This document shows positions 15,100-25,100 of a stretch of 64,000 bases of DNA, in pieces. Each line of letters starts with the position of its first letter. Position 1 is the stretch's first letter. Both the position numbers and the translations under genes were made by a program. Where the stretch lies: the NCBI GenBank assembly GCA_965285935.1, contig OZ260665.1, forward strand, positions 30,690,001 to 30,754,000. The letters run 5' to 3'. Below the pieces are notes generated by a model. The model did no database searches, was not told the origin of the DNA, and worked only from the letters and a program-made list of their open reading frames with translations. This DNA is from Ophelia neglecta. Lineage: Eukaryota.

Positions 15100-17750
15100 T
15101 CGGAGCAGTTTAATAATGAGCGGCCATTTTTCTCTCATTCTGTGCATTCCGAGAAGTCTCAGTTATACGCCGGTCTTAATGTATTAGGATGCTTGGGTCA
15201 AACAACAAAGGAAAAAAAGCTTGTTTGATAGGAATCGATAACGTCACAAATTCCTTAGGGCCCAGAAGTAAGAGGTCAATATAAAGTGTAACAGGCTGAT
15301 ATTTCTTGACTGGGCTCGACAAAAACATACAAGAATTGTCACTTGGTCGAATATTCAACTTCTTAGTCCAATAGCTCACGCTGCCGTTCACCTAAAGAAA
15401 TTATAAAAATGTCCTTTCAGACTGCAATGCCCCCTCTTTGAACGTCGACTTCCTTGGCAGGAGTTAAAAAGTTCCTTTTGCCTCAGGGAAGATTTGCACT
15501 TGACAGGCATGCCCTTCAAGGAAACCTCATTGGAATACGCCAGGCTTCCAGGGTGTGCCAATTCAGTTCAGTCGTCTGCTGCGTGCTGTCGTTCTCTTCT
15601 CTCAGCATTCTCGGGATGGCGTCGCCAAACGCTCTCAGTTAACAATAGAGATACTACCGATAGAGATATCCATTACTTTAGACTTCATTAGCTCAACTCA
15701 CATGCTAGTTTACTTGACAATTGGCGTCTATTGAGAGCTCCTCACACTACACTTTAACAGCTCAGAATCACTTGTGTTAACTGAGCTTGCAATTAGAACA
15801 CCTTTTTTTTTCAAACCGTTACCCCGGTGTGGCTAAATTGCATTTGTGGATAAAAGGCTATAAAATGTTCCATATTTCACCCGCAGTGAAGCAAATGTTT
15901 CTGGCGCATTTAACCATTTTCGAATGGATCGCCCGCGTGACAGGAATAAATTTCAGCCAGCGCCTAGCATGTTTAGAGGCAAGTGCAGTAAAAGACAAGC
16001 ACGGTAAGACCCAAATGCATGGCATAAATCTGTACAGCCTGCCTGTCCAAGCCGAGTCACTAAGTCTCTAGTACTGTAACAAATTCAGTGGTAACATTTC
16101 AATTGATTTTCCTGGCTTTTCGAGGCATACAAGGCCTCCTATTGATATTCCGAAAGCTATCAGCAATTTAGATGGAACTCACTTCTTAATTAGCCGCATA
16201 TTTATTGGCCGTCTTGGATCTATAACCAACATTCTTTTTCGATAAAAGCCGAATAAGGGCCAAATAAAAGAAAAATGATGTAATACGTCTTTCAAGCCCT
16301 GCGTGTCATTTAATGGCTTGTTCTAGGAAACAGCAATCAAATAAGGTCAAGAAATCTGAACTTGCTCGTCCTCGTATAATCATTATAGGGGAAGATAAAA
16401 GATACACGTTCCGAGCTTTTGGCAATTATTAACGATATCGAGGTTCTTGTTTTTTATTGTTTTTTTTACATGTTGTTAAATGAACCTATAAATTGTCTCA
16501 TTCTTGCCGGAAGAATTTTGTAGAATATTAGCTTAATTCTTGGAATAAAAGACATGTTGGCAAAACCGCAAAACAGGTTGCTTTAAATCATTGTCATACT
16601 CAAAAACAGTCACTGAAGGTTGCTATAAATCTAAGCTCATGTCGGTAACCTAATTGTTAATCTCCAGTATAATATTTCCTATAGCTGTTTTGGCTGTTCG
16701 CCATTTACCTCTTTGATTGACTTCGGCCAGTGCCAGCTTATAGGCATGCACAGACGGTCTCAACTTTCTGCACCGGACTTGTTAATAATACATATTCTGA
16801 TATGTAGTTCGCTTTTTCGGGGGACAAGATATTGTCTTCTTGGTGCTTTAAGCTGTTCAATGTTCGTCACACTGGACACTGGACCGTCTACCCACGACGC
16901 CATCTCTACTATTTGTCTTTAGGGCCTAGTCATAATCAATTTTTGATATTTGCAGTTATATTGGTATGACTTAGAAATAAAATCGTTTTTCATTTGATCA
17001 AGTTGCTATTTTTGGGCGTTGCTTAACTATAGGAATCCTAACATGCATGCGTCAGAGCCACTGCCCACGGCATGTGATCAAAATTTCCAAATGAAGCAAA
17101 AGATTCGCCGAATCTTGTATGTGAAAGCACAAGCATTGGTTCTCGCTGTTGACAATTTTTTTCCGACGTGGGTTCAATTATCAGATATGACTTGGTTCTT
17201 TGGAGTGCCTTCTTCGATGCAGTATGTACATCATCTGTTACTGACCACATTTTTCGTTCCTGAATCACTCTCAGTTAACTGCAAGCCATAGTGGTTACAG
17301 TTTGAGTTAAAGAGCTGGTTGTTACCCTCGACCCAAGAAAATCTGTAAATTCTTCAAAGGATTTGTCTGTGCTGAAATGGTTTGATGGAAAGCGGTGGTC
17401 GCACACTTTCCAAACAGCCCAGACAGGTAACATGCCGTCATGACAATGCACTGCCAACTTAGAAAATAATTCTAGTTATCATGTTGTTGTTATATTGCTA
17501 CGAAGGATGGAGAGAACGGCAGGCTTTCTCGAGTTAATCCTTTTTTCGAACATTAAAGAACTCATAGGCGGGTTATGTTAGGGTTAAGACATAAAAGTTG
17601 TTCTTATCTTGAAAGGAGATCCATGTCTTTATCACAGCAAATGCATCAATGTCATATTCAATTCAATTGCCTAGTATCGGTTTTTTGAATAGGTTTTTAC
17701 CGAAAGAACATTAACGACACAATGTGAGTCATGAAGAACAGACTTGGTGG
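15100..17750 (-). mobile_element. Highly decayed L2/CR1-like LINE relic
   Basis: Minus-strand traces: VVNVLSVK and IEYDIDAFAVIKTW (APE N-terminus, ~17720-17620), FEEFTDFL (~17360-17335) and an ADD motif (~15575). Boundaries approximate. Confidence 0.35.
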
Positions 17751-19449
17751 TTTTCCACTATTTTAGGCGCCGTGCAATGATTGAAGTCCATAGCGTGTTT
17801 TGATCTGTGAGCATCATTTGAAGCTCTATACAGCTCTATACAACATGCTGTTACTGTGGTTTATATCCATCAAACCCATACTAGCCAGGGAGAGGATGAT
17901 TATTACTATAATGCTCGACAACAACATTTAAAAGGCACAACTGAAAACATTCTCCCTTCTGCTATTATGTTCAAACTCTCTCAGAAAAACAGCAAAAGAT
18001 CATAACATAAAAGCTGATACCATAGGCCAGTAGGTTTGGATCATTTTTAACTCTGCTTGTTATAATAGTGTAGCGGTTCAGCTTGTCAATCGTGCCAAAC
18101 CGGATACAAGCATGAACATGGGGATACACATAGAGAAAAGCATGATATTCTAAGTAAATTTGGTTATCGGGTTAAGCGATGCTCTGCCGGCAAACGATGG
18201 TGACAATTGAATGTAAATACGAAAGTACCTGCTTCAAAATTATCCAAAACAAAGAAATCTTAATGAATTAATTTCTTCATCCAAAAGAAATGAATTCATT
18301 TATGATTTGAAAAATCTGAGTCATTACCCATATTTAGCATCTGTTAATTATGATCGAAACATTGATTACATTAGGAATCAACCCATAAAATCGTATCTTC
18401 CTTTCATTTGATTCATACTTCTTTGCATGGTATTACTATAAGGGGACTTTTCAGACGTGTTGTAATTGAACAAAAATTAGCGAGAGTCACGTGATTAACG
18501 AGGATTATTTTGCGACTGTCTAAACCTATTTCTTGGTCAAGGAAACACGATTTGATTTGTAGTAATTTGACTCATATAGTGGGTTTTTTTTGCTGCTGAA
18601 GTTCGTAATGCCATTGCTTTTGTAATAAGTCTTTTTAGGAACAAAGCTTTGGAGAAAAAATGCAAGCTTGTGAAATAAATCTTTTTAGGAACAAAGCTTT
18701 GGAGAATATATGCAGTCATTTTTGTTGCATATAGTGTCACGCTCCAGTATGCGTGGTTGCCATGGTAACTTAAATCCAAGTCGAAAATAACTTTGCACCT
18801 TTCGCCCTTACCTACCAGTATGTACGTTATATGTAGCTGTTTTGTAACGTTATCGTTATCAACCAAAACATACCACCAGTAATCGGTGAAGGTCATAATG
18901 TGATAGAACCAACCGTGACTATGGAAATGTTGAAATATTGAGATGAACGTGTTCGACTTTGGCCCTTTATTCATATTATAAAAAAGTCGAGCTCTATTCG
19001 AAAATGCGGCACGAAAGTCAGAAGCATTCCGGTTACTATGGAAACCGATTTGGACATATGCATCTAATATGCAATAAGTGGTGAGTTCGGCATTTAGCAC
19101 GCATAATGTTTCTAATTAGTTAATCGTATGGGCATGATAATCTTAATTGGGCATGAAGAATGTGATCGCAAATTGGTTGCCATGGTAACATTTAGAATAT
19201 TTCCTATCAAGCACCAAACTATTGACACTTTTACGAACTGAACTGTAAATAAAGTTACAAAAAATAAGTTAGAACTTCCAAAAATGTTAACATATACATG
19301 TAATTCATTAAATTACGACTTAAAATTTGTTTCTGTTGCCACCGACACGTGTTTCAAAAATAGCATCATAATACTGTCTTTATGACAGTAATCAAAGTTA
19401 TATACTAGAAAGTCGTAATATTAAACAATGAAAAACGACACAGTTGCTG

Positions 19450-20686
19450 ATACCGACCATCCATAACCCCTAGCTACTTTGATCCGGCTGTGGAAAATTT
19501 GATCGGAACTACACGTAGGCGGTGAATTTTCAACAAAAAAATATTTTGTGATAACCAGGTATCGACCAGTGACCGTAATTAACTCGGGTCGCACGCACGT
19601 TTCCAACTCTTGCAGTAGGCCTACCTCAAAGAGTTTTGCACGTCACTGCCTATATCGACGTTGAGGTTCGTGCAGTACACTGGATTAGCTCTAAGAATCG
19701 CATTTCTGATGCTTGGAGTTACTGGGAAACTCAGCCCGGCCATTGCGACCTCTAACCAAAACCCTAACATGGATCGCCTTCTACCATGCACCTTTGACAT
19801 GTAACTCGACTTGTGGCCTTAATAGTTAATACACATTTGCTGTATTAATAATTACCTCATTTGAAGTAATAGTGCACTTATAAGTATGCCACATCTCAGA
19901 GTTTGACTATTTTATGCTACCACCGAGTTAAATGACAACCCCTGTTATAACCAGTATATACAGTCGGCTTTCTGCCGCTGAAGTACTTATCCTTTTGCGG
20001 CAATCTGGCCAGGAACTTCTTCAATGCTCAGTGCTCATATGAACTAAGTAGAAGCTCTAGAGACTATGCTAATGGCTGTTTGCACGCCCAGCCTCATTAG
20101 AGACTCATTGGATTATTGGGTTTACAGTAACTGAACTGCCGACCTTGGGACCTTGCCGCACTTCAACAGAGTACTGTGTCAGGCTAAACGCGTACACAAA
20201 CACTTGCTAATCTCCTTACAGACTGTTACCATTTCTCTAGCAATTACTGTCTTGCTCTTACGCGAATCAGTGTTCATTGCGACATTAATACATTCCTATT
20301 ACAGAAAGTGATTTCATAAGGTGCCCGTTAATTCATTATTGTTTCCAGTTTTATTTATTACTATAGATCAACCCCAAGAACATTTGCGCAAGACACCCTC
20401 TTTATTAAACCACAATGTTCTTCTTGGTAAAATGTGCACATGCAATTGCCTGTTTATTTGCTTGTGTCTTTTTTCTGAATGAGAAAGTATCCATACTTGT
20501 TGTATTCATCTAAATTGACGCCATCATTCGTTGGTGCTGCTTTAACCATTTCTTGTTTGTAGTTTGTCTCCATTCTCCTCTTCCACGTGCAGAATTCTCT
20601 TCTGTTAGCTTGGCGATTCCTTTCCTGTGCAGTTCATGTTTTATTTATTACTAAAAACATCCCTCTTGCCAAGCCACAATACCCTA
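19450..20686 (-). mobile_element. Decayed CR1-like LINE relic that appears to be the target of the BEL insertion
   Basis: Frameshifted traces of an NYRPISLT..CK-like motif (~19830-19790) and downstream RT motifs; similar pyrimidine-rich plus-strand sequence resumes after 29345. Confidence 0.3.
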
Positions 20687-21982
20687 TGTAGTGGACCCAG
20701 CTACTTTGCCTATGGTGTCTTCTTTGCCATAAATTCAAAACGCGTGTGTTTGTATGGTTTTATTTGAATGGTGAAGGTTTACACGGTTTGAACTGAAATA
20801 AAATAAAAAATAAACACAACTTAACAATTAAGACAAAATTCTACAATCACACATAAATATTGAGATCAGAAGGTTAATGACAAATTTTGCAAACAATTTA
20901 GAGAAACAATTAGACCTGAAATTGGGGTAATGAAAACACAAATTTGGAATAGTAACAAAGGAACCGTAGAACAAAGGGGTATGTGAACAAATACATATAT
21001 GGAATAGAGCTAACACTAGAAAAGTCACTAAACTTGACCAGAAGGAACATATCTACACTCACAAAACAACTAAAATAGGATTACAATATACTCAGAGGCA
21101 AGATACATATAATTTATGTAAGCAAACCTAGAATAACCTAGAATAATACACTATGATTATATGAACAACACATATAGTTATATATATAATAACTATAATT
21201 ACTGCAGTCACTAAGAAATTAATGCACAAAACTTAGTTAACCACTACACCGTATATAAGATATAGGCAGAAACAGGGAGATAGGACAAACTGTGCTAAAC
21301 ACACTAATAGGACTGGCCTACAGAATAGCCAAACAAGTTAATTAAGGTCACTGGCTTAAGAAGCCAGCTACATACACGGTACAGTGTTAAGGGGGCTAGG
21401 CCCACCCAGGCACATGGCTAACAGATGCTATAATATACAAAGGATAGAACTGACTACTGCCTTAAACACACATATTAAGCCTTTTAAAACATAAACTGAA
21501 ATAGTTATAACTAAAGGCGTAGGAAAAAAATACCATCCATGTATAGTACATGTGATGATCAGAAGTAATTGACAGTTATTACAGACTAAGGCAATAACAC
21601 ATGTGTGCAGATGGGCATTAAATACAAGGCAAAAACACTAAAACCTTAAATTGGCCAGAAAATACAGCCATTAAAATTCTAGCCTTATAAAACGTCAACA
21701 ATAATAACATTAAGATGTACTCACTACGCTGGCAGGAAAAAATAGTGATGAATGGTCCAAGATGTAGTAAATCTAAAATTATTCAGGGAGCAAAGAAAAA
21801 ACGGTGTCCAGGACTAGAGCTCCTAAAGACAAGCCTGCCGGAAGCCCTATCAAATTACAAGCTAATTAATTGAAGTGGGGAGCGGCTAGAAATATGTGGC
21901 TATCATGTACATAAACACACATGTACATGCAAACTAAACATGAATAAAACAAAAACAAAAATAAGGAATTTGGTCAGTTACA
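20687..21982 (-). repeat. 3' LTR of the BEL/Pao element
   Basis: tgtagtggacc...ggtcagttaca; same length as 28045-29340 (offset 7358); identical 66-aa ORFs at 20828 and 28186 in the track. Confidence 0.97.
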
Positions 21983-21992
21983 CCCCGGCCCC
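21983..21992 (-). promoter_or_regulatory. Polypurine tract (GGGGCCGGGG) of the BEL/Pao element
   Basis: G-rich tract immediately upstream of the 3' LTR on the element's sense strand. Confidence 0.8.
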
Positions 21993-22102
21993 GATGCATA
22001 AGTATAAACTTGCATTCTCAAAACCGAAATTGAACAAATTCTTACAAACAGTTATCTAAAATATCTGCAATCAGGAGTTACATAATACAAAGTCACGAAT
22101 GC

Positions 22103-25100
22103 TTATTTTACATCTGAGCCTTTAGACATCTCCAGGAGACACAGCTTGCTCATGGGGCGGTCGTATAGAGCATTGTTCATGCGTAGTTGCACAGACCTCA
22201 CGAGTCCATCGGATCCTGGGTAGACGGAGGTAACCAGCCCCAAAGGCCAGCGATGGCGAGGCGTATTTTCATGCTTGACCAGAACAAGATCTCCTTCTTG
22301 GAGGTTACGTTGCGGGTTTGTCCAACGTTGTCGTTCCTGGAGAAGGGGAAGATATTCCTTAACCCATCGGGTCCGGAATATGTCGGCCAGATATTGCACC
22401 TGGCGCCACCTTCTACGGTACAAATCATGCTTCGCGAAGACGCCAGGTGGAAGCGTGGGCCCGGCTCTGAGAAGTAGTAAGTGGTTTGGAGTCAATGGTG
22501 TTGGATCCTTTGGATCATCTGAGATTTTGGTAATAGGACGTCCATTTACGATACCCTCAACACAGCAGAAAAGGGTATGGAGTCCATCATCATCAAGTTG
22601 CTGCTCTTTCAACAGGGAATTGAGGATGGCCCGTACCGTACGGATCATGCGTTCCCATACGCCTCCCATGTGGGATGCACCAGGGGGGTTAAAAATCCAT
22701 TGAATGTCTTGTCGCTGTAGTTTGTTATCGATCTTGGCTTTGTCCCAGTCATGCAGAGCCTTGCACAACTCTGCCAGACCACCAACAAAATTGGTACCGT
22801 TATCAGAACGTATTTCATGAGGTTGTCCTCTCCGAGCAATAAAGCGTTGCAGGCAGTTTATGAAGGTGTCAGTTTCGAGGCTGACACTAACTTCCAGGTG
22901 GATTGCCCTAGTAGTCAAGCATGTGAAGAGGCACCCATATCTCTTTGCCTCACTGCGCCCACGCTTGACGAGGATGGGCCCAAAAAAATCCAAACCTACG
23001 AAGGTGAAAGGAGGACTTCCAGGAGTCACGCGATCTTTGGGGAGATCTGCCATGATTTGTGCTTGCACAGCAGCCTTTGCTTTCCGACATGGTATACATT
23101 TGGCAAGGACAGCCCGAACGACAGCCCCACCTTTCAGTATCCAGTAGCGCTGGCGTATCTCGGATAGCACGCGTCCCTTGCCGCCGTGACCTGTCTTACC
23201 ATGGACATCCTGGACTATCAGCTTGGTTACATGATGATGTGCTGGTAGAATGATCGGGTGTTGAGCATCAATCGGCAATGGTGCATTCTTGAGTCTGCCG
23301 CCAACGCGCCATACTTCCTCGCCTAGGAATTGAATAGGAGCGAGCTTTGAGCACTGACCCTTAGGGCTGCAGTCCAGGTTCCCTTTTTGAATATATGCCA
23401 AAATAGCCAATTCAGCTGTCTTGACTTCTGATACTCTTAATGGTGTAGTAATTGTGATATTCCTCTGAAGGATTTGTTTCCAGCGCAACAACCACGCGAC
23501 TGCTCTACGTAATCGATGCCATGATGAGAAATAACATAACAAGCGATTAGTTGGTGTCGGTTGCACAATGGTGTTATAGATCTGAGCACCACGCTTAATC
23601 TCTGCGGTGTTATCATATTTGGTCATTCCCAAATCTGCTTTATTTGGCCAACTGGAAGACTCCTCATTTGTCCAAAGGTACGCAGGACCATTTAACCAAC
23701 GGCTGGATTGGACGAGTTCCTCAACGGAGAGACCTCTCGAGGCATCATCAGCTGGATTGTTAACACTGTTCACATGCCTCCACTGATGTGGTTCAGTGAT
23801 TTCACATATGAAAGCGACGCGGTTAGCAACAAAGGTCTGGTAGCGTTTGTCTTGGTTTTGTATGTACCACAGTACAATCATGGAATCAGTCCAGAAGGTT
23901 GACTTTGTGACTGGGGTTTCTAGCTCATTCCGTAGCATTTGGTCTAGTTTGACCGCTTCAACGGCTGCAGCCAGTTCCAGCCTTGGTATCGTTGTTTTCT
24001 TCATGGGTGCTAGCTTTGCCTTTGAAACGAGAAAGGCAACATGAACAGAGTCCTCGGGACTAATGAGTCGCATGTATGACACGGCTCCGTAAGCCCTCTC
24101 GGAGGCATCCGCAAAATGGTGAATTTGGACTTCTTTAACTATGAAGCCAAGTGGTTTAAGACACCGGGGAATAGCGAGTTGTGCAACTTCGGGTAATTTT
24201 CCAACCCAACACTGCCACAGGATACAAATATCCTCTGGCATGGGTTCATCCCAACCGCAGTTTCTACGGCAAAGCTCTTGAAACAGCATCTTTGCCCTCA
24301 ATATCAATGGACTGGCAAAACCCAATGGGTCATAGATTGAGCTCATAAGGCTTAATAGGCCTCGTTTGGTGTAGGGCTTGTGTGTCACCTTCACGTCGAA
24401 CCCAAATACATCAGATTCCACCCTCCAAAGAACGCCAAGTGCTCTGTCAGAAGGAAGACTATTTTGCTCCAGGTCGACGGAGGCCATGACTTTGGAATGG
24501 TCGGCTTCTGGTATCTGTCTCAAGACAGCACGTGAGTTGCTGAGCCATTTTGTCAGTCTGAAACCACCACGCTTAAGCAGGTCGCAGAGCTGGTGGACCA
24601 GTCTGATGGCTGCGTCCTCTGACGGCACCGACTTTAGGCAGTCGTCGACGTAGAAGTTTTTACCAACGGTATCAACAGCTGCTTTGTCAAATTGGTGCTG
24701 ATTGTCGCTGGCGCAGCGCCTTAGGGCAAAGCCAGCGCAGCTGGGTGACCATACTCCACCAAACAGGTGGGCAGTCATCCGGTAAGCTATGGTATCCCTG
24801 GTGGTATCATTTTCCTCCCACCAGAGGAAACGGAGCACGTCTCTGTCCTTTGTATCCACGCGAATTTGATGAAACATCCCCTCAATGTCCGCCATGAGGG
24901 CTACTGCTTCCTGTCTAAAACGTATCAGAACACCCACAAGCTTATTGTTGAGGTCTGGACCTTGAAGTATGGTATCATTGAGCGAGACGCCTCGGTACTT
25001 TGCTGCACAGTCGAACACTATGCGAATTTTATCCGGCTTTCTCGGGTGTATTACTGGGTGATGGGGCAGGTACCATATGTTCCCATCACTATGATCAATG

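Noticed and set aside
18537-19100. 187-aa minus-strand ORF
   Set aside because: Non-ATG start, contains a DNA direct repeat, no recognisable domain.
20828-21028. Identical 66-aa ORFs here and at 28186-28386
   Set aside because: By-product of the duplicated T-rich LTR; no domain, non-ATG start.
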